DNA of 64,000 nt from Candidatus Oxydemutatoraceae bacterium. Lineage in GTDB: Bacteria > Pseudomonadota > Gammaproteobacteria > Poriferisulfidales > Oxydemutatoraceae. Shown here in pieces: positions 48,431 through 57,583 of the stretch (position 1 is the first letter of the stretch; each line of letters begins with the position of its first letter). The notes under the pieces were generated by a model. The model searched no databases, was not told where the DNA came from, and saw nothing but the letters and a program-made list of their open reading frames with translations. The stretch covers positions 352,001-416,000 of the forward strand of contig OZ244717.1 in assembly GCA_965218975.1 (NCBI GenBank). The letters run 5' to 3'. The translations under genes were made by a program, and so were the position numbers.

Positions 48431-50474
48431 GCATGGTCGACAAAGTCATCGCCATTGGTCGCTTAATTACAATGCGGACGGGATCGGTCGTTTAACTTTG
48501 GATTATGCCGATGGCGCGGTAAATGTATTAAATGCCGCAGTGTTGGAAGAATTAGAAGCGGCATTAACGGACATTATGCAATCTGCTCCTCACGGCCTGA
48601 TTATTGCGTCGGCAAAGCTTCGGGGATTTCTTGCCGGCGCCGATATCGCCGAATTTATTAAATTGGAAAGTCGCCGGCAGGCGTTGGAAAAATTGCGTTA
48701 CGGACAAGTATTATTTGAACGTATTACACAGCTGAAATGTCCGTCGGTCGCGATAATTCACGGTTATTGCCTCGGCGGCGGGTTGGAATTGGCGCTTGCT
48801 TGTGATTGGCGTGTTGCCGAAGATGCGTCGTCATGCCGTCTCGGCTTTCCCGAAGTGCGTTTGGGAATCCATCCGGGTTACGGCGGCACTGTTCGCTTAC
48901 CGGAGTTAGTCGGTGATTTGCCGGCGATGTCTTTAATGTTGCGCGGATGCCTAGTCCCTGCACGGCAGGCGCAAGCAATGGGGCTTGTTGACTATGTCGA
49001 ACCGTTTAGACAATTGGATACTGCCGCAAATCAGCTTGCGGTCAAAATATCGCAACGAAAGAAGCCCCGATTTCATGCAATCACACGGCTTTTTCCGGTG
49101 CGTCAGACGCTTGCAAAGATTATGCGTCATCAAATCGGGCGGCATGTACGCCGCGATCATTACCCGGCGCCATATCAGTTGATTAAGCATTGGCAAAGCG
49201 CACCTAAAAAAAGAGCGCTGCAACTTGAAGCGGAAGCGCAATCGGTCGCAACATTGTTTTTATCTCAAACCGCAAGAAATCTTGTACGAGTATTCTTTTT
49301 GCGTGAACAGCTTAAAGAGCAAGGAAAGAAACGCACGTTCGAGGCGCGTCATGTGCATGTGATCGGTGCCGGTGTTATGGGTGGCGACATCGCCGCATGG
49401 TGTGCGCTACAGGGGCTTAGGGTTACATTACAAGATCGTGAACCGCGATTGATTGCCCCGGCAATTGCTCGTGCATACGGCCTATTTCAAAAGAAACTCA
49501 AACAGCCGCATCGGCGAATTGCCGCTCGCGACCGTTTGATACCGGACCCGAATGCGTGCGGACTTCGGCAAGCGGATGTGATTATTGAAGCGGTATCTGA
49601 AAATCTTGAGATTAAACGTGAGATTTTTGCCGCAATTGAACCGCAAATTAAAGCGGATGCGATATTAGCGACGAACACTTCAAGTATACCGCTAAAACAG
49701 CTGGCGCAAGGGTTGAATCATCCCGAACGTATAGTGGGCTTACACTTCTTTAATCCGGTCGCTAAAATGGAATTGGTTGAAGTAGTGTACGATACGGCAA
49801 CCGCTTCCACGCTTGTCGAACAAGCAGCGGCATTTGTTTCGGCAATTCGTCGGCTGCCGTTATCGGTGCGGTCGGCGCCGGGGTTCGTCATCAATCGTAT
49901 TCTGATGCCCTATCTGTCGGAAGCGATTTTATTGGTCGAAGAAGGTGTGCCGCCAGCTGCAATTGATCATGCGGCTGAGAGTTTCGGGATGCCGATGGGC
50001 CCAATTGCCTTAGCAGATACTGTCGGTTTGGATGTGTGTTTGTCGGTTGCGCAAGTGCTCGGGCAGGCATTTGATCGAATCATACCGGATTCTTTGATAC
50101 GGCATGTAAACGCACAACGCTTAGGACGCAAAACCGGTCGCGGCTTTTATGTTTGGAAGAACGGCAAACCGAAACGTGCTCGTTTGCGGCGTTCGCGTCG
50201 GTTCGAATTTGATGTCACCGAGCGATTGACAATGACGTTGCTGAAGGAGTCTATGGCATGTTTAAGCGAGCGGTTAGTCGCTTCATCCGATTTGCTTGAC
50301 GCCGGTATGATTTTCGGCACCGGTTTTGCGCCGTTTCGCGGCGGGCCTATTCACTATATAGAACAGTCCGGCATTGGTCGCATACAAACAATCCTGGAAA
50401 AGCTTGCCGGACGTTACGGTAACCGCTTTAAACCGGAGAATCACTGGGAACAAATTCTGCGAGCGGCCGAATAG
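48411..50474 (+). CDS. fadJ: Fatty acid oxidation complex alpha subunit (enoyl-CoA hydratase / 3-hydroxyacyl-CoA dehydrogenase)
   Basis: AGADI, CLGGGLE, GAGVMG, TNTSS, HFFNPV and GFAPFRGGP. Confidence 0.88.
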   Translation: MSNQMIEHGRQSHRHWSLNYNADGIGRLTLDYADGAVNVLNAAVLEELEAALTDIMQSAPHGLIIASAKLRGFLAGADIAEFIKLESRRQALEKLRYGQVLFERITQLKCPSVAIIHGYCLGGGLELALACDWRVAEDASSCRLGFPEVRLGIHPGYGGTVRLPELVGDLPAMSLMLRGCLVPARQAQAMGLVDYVEPFRQLDTAANQLAVKISQRKKPRFHAITRLFPVRQTLAKIMRHQIGRHVRRDHYPAPYQLIKHWQSAPKKRALQLEAEAQSVATLFLSQTARNLVRVFFLREQLKEQGKKRTFEARHVHVIGAGVMGGDIAAWCALQGLRVTLQDREPRLIAPAIARAYGLFQKKLKQPHRRIAARDRLIPDPNACGLRQADVIIEAVSENLEIKREIFAAIEPQIKADAILATNTSSIPLKQLAQGLNHPERIVGLHFFNPVAKMELVEVVYDTATASTLVEQAAAFVSAIRRLPLSVRSAPGFVINRILMPYLSEAILLVEEGVPPAAIDHAAESFGMPMGPIALADTVGLDVCLSVAQVLGQAFDRIIPDSLIRHVNAQRLGRKTGRGFYVWKNGKPKRARLRRSRRFEFDVTERLTMTLLKESMACLSERLVASSDLLDAGMIFGTGFAPFRGGPIHYIEQSGIGRIQTILEKLAGRYGNRFKPENHWEQILRAAE

Positions 50475-52240
50475 TGCAGACATTAACTCCGCCGACTTTG
50501 GGTGATTTATTTGATCATGCCGACAGGAAGTTTGGTGAATCTGCGGCATATATTCAATTCGATCAGAAAATCCGACAATGGCGCACTTGGTCTTGGACCG
50601 AGATGCGGCGGTATGCTACTCAATGTCAGCAATGGTTGGCTCGTTTGGAGCTTGATTTAGGTAGTAGGGTTTTGATTATGGCGCCGAACAGCACAACATG
50701 GGTTGCGATGGATGTGGCAGCAGCGGGGTTGGGGCTTGTTACCGTACCGGTGTATGTGCAAGAGAGTGAAAAAAATCTACTGCATATTTTACGCCAAGTG
50801 CAAGCGCAAGTTTTGTTGGTCGGAGGTGTCGAGCAATGGCAACTCGTCAAGCCTTGCTTTGATCATCTAGTCGCTGATGAAAAAATAGCGCATTGTGTGA
50901 GTGTTAATCCGGTTGTGTCGCCACAAGTGCGTTTGCTCGCTGATTGTATTGCGCCGTTTGCCGAGACTGATGCCGACTATACCAACTGTGTTGATGATGA
51001 TACGGTATTGGCGACGATTGTTTACACTTCAGGCACAACCGGTTTCCCGAAAGGGGTGATGCTGTCGCACAAGAACATTTTGTCCAATGTGGTAGCCGCA
51101 ACTGCCGCAGTGCCGATTGGTAAAGAGGACCGTTTATTATCATTTCTGCCGCTGTCGCATTCTTTTGAAAGAACGGTGGGTTATTATGCACCGATGCTGC
51201 ATGGTTCGGTAGTTATTTATAATCGCGCTATCGCTAAAATTCGCGATGATCTTAAGACCATACGTCCCACCGTTTTAGTTTCGGTACCGCGTATTTATGA
51301 GCGTATTTATGCGCGGGTCCATGCTCGATTCGCGAGTCGACCACTGGTAAAGCACGGGTTAAATCTTACTGTTTCGATCGGTTGGCGATACTTTTTATAT
51401 CGACAAAAACGCGGCGCTTGGCGGTTGTCTTTGTTGCTACGCCCCATGCTTGATCTCTTGATAGCTCGCCGGGTTCGTGCCGAGTTTGGCGGCCGTCTTC
51501 GCTTTACAATCAGCGGAGGAGCGCCGCTTGCGGCAGAAATTTCGCACTTTTTTATTAGTTTGGGGATTTTTGTGCTGCAGGGCTATGGGATGACTGAGAC
51601 TGCACCGGTTATTGCGGTTAATAGACTTGATCGGAATATCCCGGAAAGCGTCGGTATTCCGCTCGACAAGCTTGAAGTATGTTTGAGTGAAGATAACGAA
51701 TTGTTGGTGCGCGGCGAGAATGTAATGTTGGGTTATTGGAAAAATGATGTCGCAAGCCGATACGCATTTGCCGGCCAGGGCTGGCTACGTACGGGTGATA
51801 TCGGTCAATTCAAGGACAAACATTTGTTTATTACCGGACGACTAAAGGAAATTATCGTGCTTGCGACTGGGAAAAAATTTTCACCTGCGGAACCGGAAGC
51901 GGCAATCCTTTTTTCTCCTCTATTCGATCAAGTAATTTTATGCGGTGAACAACGGCCCTTCCCAGTCGTAATTGCGGTTGTAAACTCTGCGCAGTGGCAG
52001 AAGCATGCGGAGAAAAATGCTTATGACTTGGCCGGACATGCGGCGCGTAATTTTGCCGCGCGAGAAATCAACCGTTATTTACAAGATTTTCCTCACTACG
52101 TGCAAGTGCACGGTGTGATACTAACGGAAGAGCCGTGGACAACGGATAATGGTTTGCTGACTGCCACATTGAAGCTACGACGTGCCGCGATTCAAGCACA
52201 TTATCGTGATGAGATCAATGCGATTTATGCGACACGGTAA
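50474..52240 (+). CDS. fadD: Long-chain fatty acid-CoA ligase
   Basis: YTSGTTGFPKGV, QGYGMTE and TGDIG. Confidence 0.88.
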   Translation: MQTLTPPTLGDLFDHADRKFGESAAYIQFDQKIRQWRTWSWTEMRRYATQCQQWLARLELDLGSRVLIMAPNSTTWVAMDVAAAGLGLVTVPVYVQESEKNLLHILRQVQAQVLLVGGVEQWQLVKPCFDHLVADEKIAHCVSVNPVVSPQVRLLADCIAPFAETDADYTNCVDDDTVLATIVYTSGTTGFPKGVMLSHKNILSNVVAATAAVPIGKEDRLLSFLPLSHSFERTVGYYAPMLHGSVVIYNRAIAKIRDDLKTIRPTVLVSVPRIYERIYARVHARFASRPLVKHGLNLTVSIGWRYFLYRQKRGAWRLSLLLRPMLDLLIARRVRAEFGGRLRFTISGGAPLAAEISHFFISLGIFVLQGYGMTETAPVIAVNRLDRNIPESVGIPLDKLEVCLSEDNELLVRGENVMLGYWKNDVASRYAFAGQGWLRTGDIGQFKDKHLFITGRLKEIIVLATGKKFSPAEPEAAILFSPLFDQVILCGEQRPFPVVIAVVNSAQWQKHAEKNAYDLAGHAARNFAAREINRYLQDFPHYVQVHGVILTEEPWTTDNGLLTATLKLRRAAIQAHYRDEINAIYATR

Positions 52241-52363
52241 TTATTAGATGCGGGTATATACGGTTTAACCTCAGCGAATCGTTAGTCGCAGTGGTTCCGG
52301 GCCTCGCAGTTTAATGTTTTGTATGGCAAGCAGTCGGACGGTTTCTCCGATGATATCTGCGCA

Positions 52364-52943
52364 GATGACCGACTATCTCCTTGATGCAAACATCTTCATC
52401 CAAGCCAAGAACCTGCACTACGGCTTTGATTTCTGCCCCGCATTCTGGGACTGGCTGGTCAAGCAGAACCGCGCGGGAAAGGTTGCGAGCATTGAGAAAG
52501 TCGCCGACGAGCTCCACGCCGGCGAAGATGAATTGGCGACCTGGGCGAAGGAGCAGGACGACGACTTCTTTCTGAGGCCAGATAGCGCTGTTGTGCCCGC
52601 GCTCCGCACCGTGAGTAATTGGGCAAGCGGCAGTGTATACCAACCTGCCGCCGTCTCTACGTTCCTACCCAATCCGTACACCGGGGCACGGCTTGCTTTG
52701 CGGCGTGGATGCTAGCCTGCCGCCGTCTCTACGTTCCTACAGGTCGCCGACTACTGGCTTGTCGCGCATACGCTCGCTCACAGCTGCACTATCGTCACTC
52801 ACGAAGTGCCTGCCGACACCGTTCGCAAAATCAAGATCCCAGATGCCTGCATTGGCCTCAGTCTCCACTGCATGACCTCCTATGAGATGCTCCATCGTGA
52901 ACGAGCGAGGTTCGTCTTGGAACCAGGCAGAGAGGTTGCCTGA
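52364..52943 (+). pseudogene. DUF4411-family (PIN-like) gene interrupted by a 72-bp insertion
   Basis: YLLDANIFIQAKNLHYGFDFCPAFWDWL, then after the insertion QVADYWLVAHTLAH...VTHE...KIKIPDAC. 25-bp duplication at 52644-52668 and 52716-52740. Confidence 0.85.
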
Positions 52944-53340
52944 TGGCTGGTTTCAACGAAAGCCACATCAAGGACGCCGCCCTCGAACGACTTGCCGGAC
53001 TCGGCTACGCCGTGCTGCACGGGCAAAACATCTCCCCGGACGGTCCGACACCTGAACGCGTCAGCTATGACCAGATGTTGTTAACCGCACGGCTTCGCGA
53101 GGCGCTCGGACACCTTAACTCGCACCTACCCGCCGAGACGCCAGAGGAGATACCGCGCTAGGTGCAGCAGACCGAGAGCCCCTCGCTCATCAAGGAGAAC
53201 CGGCGTCTACACCGCTATCTGATTGAGGGCGTGCCGGTTGAGGTTGCCCGCGAAGACGGCAGCATCGGCGGGGATGTCACCCGACTAGTCGACTTCGCGG
53301 ACGTGGACGCCAACGATTGGCTTGCGGTCAATCGGTACGT
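52943..53340 (+). pseudogene. hsdR: Type I RM HsdR N-terminal remnant
   Basis: FNESHI..AALE.L..LGY, ER.SY, ENRRLHRYLIEGV and LVDF....NDWLAVN; in-frame TAG at 53159-53161; truncated just before a repeat element. Confidence 0.82.
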
Positions 53341-53382
53341 TGCCGGATTTTCGGCAAAGCGCCCGTCGTCAGTGCTTGGCGT

Positions 53383-53530
53383 CCATGACGAGACTTGGTT
53401 CTGCCAATAAGCGCAGACCCCGACGTCCCTGTCTGTGAGCACGCAGACAGGTTTGTCGGGTCGTTCGCCGCTGAAAACCGATCGGTCCTGCCTGTGGATA
53501 CACAGACAGGTTTCCTGGCACGTCTTATCC
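53383..53530. repeat. Degenerate copy of the 98-bp repeat family (cluster 5) at the dnd island border
   Basis: CCATGACGAGACTTGGTTCTG...CCCCGACGTCC...GTCGGGTCGTTCGCCGCTGAAAACCGATCGG, with small insertions. Confidence 0.85.
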
Positions 53531-53649
53531 TGCCGACAGGAAGAGAAGCTTTGCAAGTCTGATATATAAGCTATCGAATCCGGGGGTTTAAAGGCGGGAG
53601 TATAGGAGTATAATTGGGTCATCCTTACAGGGACCTTAGTTATCAACTT

Positions 53650-55140
53650 ATGACGACCACGAAAAAAAATAATTCTTTTTCTAGTTCGTACTTTGACACA
53701 TATCGCAATTTGACAGAAGGTGTTGAAGCCATTGTAGAGGAAGTAGCAGAGGTTTATCTCAGTGACGAAATTCCTTGGACAGTAGGCTACAGTGGAGGTA
53801 AAGACTCAACCGCTGCGTTACAATTAATTTGGTATGCATTGCAGCACATCGGGGCTCATAGGGCACACAAGCCGGTTCATGTAATCAGCACAGATACATT
53901 GGTGGAAAACCCCATAGTTTCTACATGGGTAGTTAATTCATTGGGTAAGATGAATGACGCAGCCAAGGCGCAAGGCTTACCAATCACATCACATCGTTTA
54001 ATGCCAGCTTTGGCAGATCGATTTTGGGTAAATCTAATCGGTCGCGGATATGCAGCGCCTAGGCAAAAATTCCGCTGGTGCACCGAACGCTTGAAAATTC
54101 GGCCTGCACATAAGTTTATTACCTCCATGGTAGATAAACATGGGGAAAGCTTGTTGGTGCTTGGTACCCGCAAGGCAGAAAGCGCAAACCGGGCACGCAA
54201 TATGGCACGTTACGAAAAAGGAAGGATCAGGGACAAGATCAGCCCCAATGGGAGCCTAGCTAATTCTTACATTTATACCCCTATAGAGGACTGGAAGGCA
54301 GAAGATGTTTGGCTTTTCTTGCTAGAAAAACAAAATCCGTGGGGAAACAACAATATGGACTTGTTCGGGATGTATAAGGGCGCTACAGAAGGCGGGGAAT
54401 GTCCACTAGTGGTGTCTAGTGGTACTCCTAGTTGTGGTGATAGTCGTTTTGGTTGTTGGGTATGTACTTTGGTAGAGAAAGATAAATCCATGCAGGCAAT
54501 GATTCATAATGATGAGGAAAAACAATGGATGATGCCATTACTAAATCTGCGCTATGAAATTGATTTTAGAGTGATGCCAAAGGGAGATCGAGCTTTGCGA
54601 GATTATCGGCGTATGAATGGTCGCGTCCAGCTGTTCCACGGACAACCCATTCCGGGCCCCTACAAAAAAGAATTTCGTGAACATATGCTGTATCGTGTTC
54701 TAGAAACACAGGCGCTTGTTCGTCGTAAAGGACCTCAATACGTCCGCAACTTGTCTTTGATTCAACTAGAAGAGATCGAAGAGATTCGTCGTATCTGGGT
54801 TGTGGAAAAATATGAGATGGAAGATAGTCTTCCCCGTATTTATCGTGAAGCTACAGGTAAGGAATACCCTGGAAGCAAGCTTAACGATAGTGCAGTTTTT
54901 GGTACTGATGAAATGAATCTACTACGCGAACTATGTGGTGAAAATCAGAATCAATACGAAATGGTTCGGGAGCTGCTTGCAATAGGAAACCGCCAAAAAC
55001 TGGCTATACGCCGTACCGGAGTGTTCCAATCTCTACAAAGTGCCATAGAGCGCAACTTTTTTGCCGATGAAGAAGATGCTATTGACCGAGCCCGCAAACA
55101 TCAGCAGTGTTTAACGCCACAGTTGAATAACAGAAAATAG
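53650..55140 (+). CDS. dndC: DNA phosphorothioation sulfurtransferase DndC
   Basis: WTVGYSGGKDS, STDTLVENP, FRWCTERLKI, CGDSRFGCWVCTLV and LRDYRR. ATG 53650 chosen as the likely start. Confidence 0.95.
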   Translation: MTTTKKNNSFSSSYFDTYRNLTEGVEAIVEEVAEVYLSDEIPWTVGYSGGKDSTAALQLIWYALQHIGAHRAHKPVHVISTDTLVENPIVSTWVVNSLGKMNDAAKAQGLPITSHRLMPALADRFWVNLIGRGYAAPRQKFRWCTERLKIRPAHKFITSMVDKHGESLLVLGTRKAESANRARNMARYEKGRIRDKISPNGSLANSYIYTPIEDWKAEDVWLFLLEKQNPWGNNNMDLFGMYKGATEGGECPLVVSSGTPSCGDSRFGCWVCTLVEKDKSMQAMIHNDEEKQWMMPLLNLRYEIDFRVMPKGDRALRDYRRMNGRVQLFHGQPIPGPYKKEFREHMLYRVLETQALVRRKGPQYVRNLSLIQLEEIEEIRRIWVVEKYEMEDSLPRIYREATGKEYPGSKLNDSAVFGTDEMNLLRELCGENQNQYEMVRELLAIGNRQKLAIRRTGVFQSLQSAIERNFFADEEDAIDRARKHQQCLTPQLNNRK

Positions 55141-55151
55141 GAATCACATAG

Positions 55152-57131
55152 ATGATTCTTGATCAAATTACGTTACACAACTTCGGTGTATATGCTGACG
55201 TGCAAGAGATTGATCTAACTCCCCCATCCCGGAATAAGCCAATTGTATTATTCGGAGGATTAAATGGTACGGGCAAAACAACATTGATGGACGCGCTGCA
55301 ACTCTGTTTGTTTGGTACTGCAGCTAGGTGTGTAACGTGCAATGGAAGTAGTTATAAAGACTTTCTGACCAGCAGAATCCGCAAACGTTCACCGAGAAAA
55401 CATGCTTCTGTTTCAGTTGTTTTCCATTGCACAGCGGACGGTGTGGAAACCTCTTACCACGTGACGCGTACTTGGAAAAGTACTGGTAGCGGTATCAGAG
55501 AAAAGTTGGAGGTAACCCGCGACGAATGTTCTGACAAATCTCTAGCAGAGAACTGGGATCAATATATCAGTGAAATCATACCAGTAAATATTTCTCATCT
55601 GTTTTTCTTTGATGGTGAAAGAATTGCCTCCTACGCAGCATCGCATGGTATCAGTGAACTGATAGCGAATGGAGTACGCAACTTGTTCGGTATAGATGTG
55701 GTAGAACGCTTGCAAAAGGATCTTCAAATATTGGAACGGCGACAGGACACTACGATTTCTTCCGTAGACATTGATGACATCCACCAAAAGGAAAAAGAAC
55801 TACATACGCTTCACAGACAAATTGATCAGATGGAGAGAAGAAGGGTCATTTTACAAACACAGGGACTAGCTACTGCTAGGCATAATCTTGCCTGCGTAAT
55901 GCTGGAGTACAAAAAACTAGGAGGCGAATTACGTGATCGGCGAGAGGAAATACAGCGCCGTGTTAGCAAAGCAGAAGCCAATCTTGATGCCTGTAATGCT
56001 CAAATGATTGAACTCGCAAGCAGTGAATTACCATTGCTCCTGATTCGAGATCTGTTGCACGAAGTGGCCCGTCATGCGGCATACGAACAAAAGGTCATAC
56101 AGGCTCGTGCAATGGTTAAAAGTCTGCAACAGCGTGATGCCAAAATGCTTCGTTTAGCAAAAACTTTCCCGGGCACATCTGATTTATTGAAGGCTTTGCA
56201 AGAATTCTGCCAAGCCGATACAGAAAACCAAGAGAAGCTGGCAGCCTGTAAAACCCCGCTCAACGTAAGCGATACTACTACAGCAAGGCTGACAACATTC
56301 CTGCAAAACAGGCTACCTATTTTAGAAAAAAATCTTAGAGGTATATTTGCGAAGCAATCCGACTCCAAAGATGAAATGAAAGCAGCTCAGTTAAAACAAG
56401 CGGGAATTCCAGCAGAAGATTCTATTGATGAGGTTGTCAAAAACCGTGATTTACTGGTTACTAAAATTACACAATTAGAAGCCAAAGTCGCAAATATTGA
56501 TAGTGAACTTGAAAAAGTACATCGGAAGAGTAATCGCCTTGAATCCGAAATTAATGCTTTATGGACAGCGCATACCGAGTTGGAGTTGTTACATACGGAT
56601 GCTTCACGTTTTATTCGGCACTCACAATTAGCTAGACAGACATTGGCAGACTTCAGCTTGGCTGTGTTACGTCAACAAATCGGGCGTGTGGAACATTTGG
56701 CTCTAAAAAGTTATCAATCCTTACTACGAAAGGACAGATTGATCTCTACGTTACAAATTCATCCAGAGACCTTTGTTGTTTTTCTACGTGACATGGAACT
56801 AACCCCAATTTCACCAGAGCAGCTATCAGCCGGCGAGCGCCAGCTACTTGCAATTGCACTCATGTGGGGAATGGCAAAAGCATCAGGCAAAGCATTGCCT
56901 GTTGCCATTGATATGCCAATGGGACGTCTTGATTCCAGTCACCGGGAACGTCTAATCAAACGATACTTCCCCTATGCTAGTCACCAGACATTACTGTTTA
57001 CTACAGATGAGGAAATCGCTGGCGATTATTTATCTCAGTTGCGTCCTTGGGTCGGGAAGAGTTACCACTTAGATTATGACGATACAAAGGGTGCAACTAC
57101 TGTTTCTACCGGTTTTCTGGAGCGTTTATGA
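55152..57131 (+). CDS. dndD: DNA sulfur modification ATPase DndD
   Basis: GGLNGTGKTT, FFFDGE, LSAGERQLLA, IDMPMGRLDSSHR and YFP.ASHQ...TDEEI. Confidence 0.95.
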   Translation: MILDQITLHNFGVYADVQEIDLTPPSRNKPIVLFGGLNGTGKTTLMDALQLCLFGTAARCVTCNGSSYKDFLTSRIRKRSPRKHASVSVVFHCTADGVETSYHVTRTWKSTGSGIREKLEVTRDECSDKSLAENWDQYISEIIPVNISHLFFFDGERIASYAASHGISELIANGVRNLFGIDVVERLQKDLQILERRQDTTISSVDIDDIHQKEKELHTLHRQIDQMERRRVILQTQGLATARHNLACVMLEYKKLGGELRDRREEIQRRVSKAEANLDACNAQMIELASSELPLLLIRDLLHEVARHAAYEQKVIQARAMVKSLQQRDAKMLRLAKTFPGTSDLLKALQEFCQADTENQEKLAACKTPLNVSDTTTARLTTFLQNRLPILEKNLRGIFAKQSDSKDEMKAAQLKQAGIPAEDSIDEVVKNRDLLVTKITQLEAKVANIDSELEKVHRKSNRLESEINALWTAHTELELLHTDASRFIRHSQLARQTLADFSLAVLRQQIGRVEHLALKSYQSLLRKDRLISTLQIHPETFVVFLRDMELTPISPEQLSAGERQLLAIALMWGMAKASGKALPVAIDMPMGRLDSSHRERLIKRYFPYASHQTLLFTTDEEIAGDYLSQLRPWVGKSYHLDYDDTKGATTVSTGFLERL

Positions 57132-57547
57132 CAAGCATTGGGAGTATTCGCCTGTCAAGTGCAGCAAAAGACCGTTTGTCTAATTTGAAACGGAAAACAG
57201 GCATATCCCAATGGAATATTCTGTGCAGGTGGGCATTTTGTCTTTCATTAGCAGAAAAAAGCATACCATCTGAAATAGATATAGTTACTGATAGCAATGT
57301 AGAAATGTCCTGGCGGACTTTTACGGGTCCAGGAAATGAGGAATTGTTTCTCGTCTTGCTAAAAGCGCGATGCCTTAGAGATCAGATCCCAACTGATACA
57401 CGAACCCTAACGCAACAGTTCAAGTTACATCTCCACCGTGGTATCGGTTATTTGACGACATCTGGAAAGATCAGATGTTTGGTTGATCTGCTTTCTCTCA
57501 CAATGCAGCATGAAGAAGGTCTGAGTAATAAAGGCTTAGTGAACTAA
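57128..57547 (+). CDS. dndE: DNA sulfur modification protein DndE
   Basis: LKRKTGI.QWNILCRWAFCLSL, DSNVEMSW and LHLHRGIGYL. Confidence 0.95.
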   Translation: MTSIGSIRLSSAAKDRLSNLKRKTGISQWNILCRWAFCLSLAEKSIPSEIDIVTDSNVEMSWRTFTGPGNEELFLVLLKARCLRDQIPTDTRTLTQQFKLHLHRGIGYLTTSGKIRCLVDLLSLTMQHEEGLSNKGLVN

Positions 57548-57583
57548 TAACAAGTGTTGTTGGCTTTGTCGGGAATATTTTGA

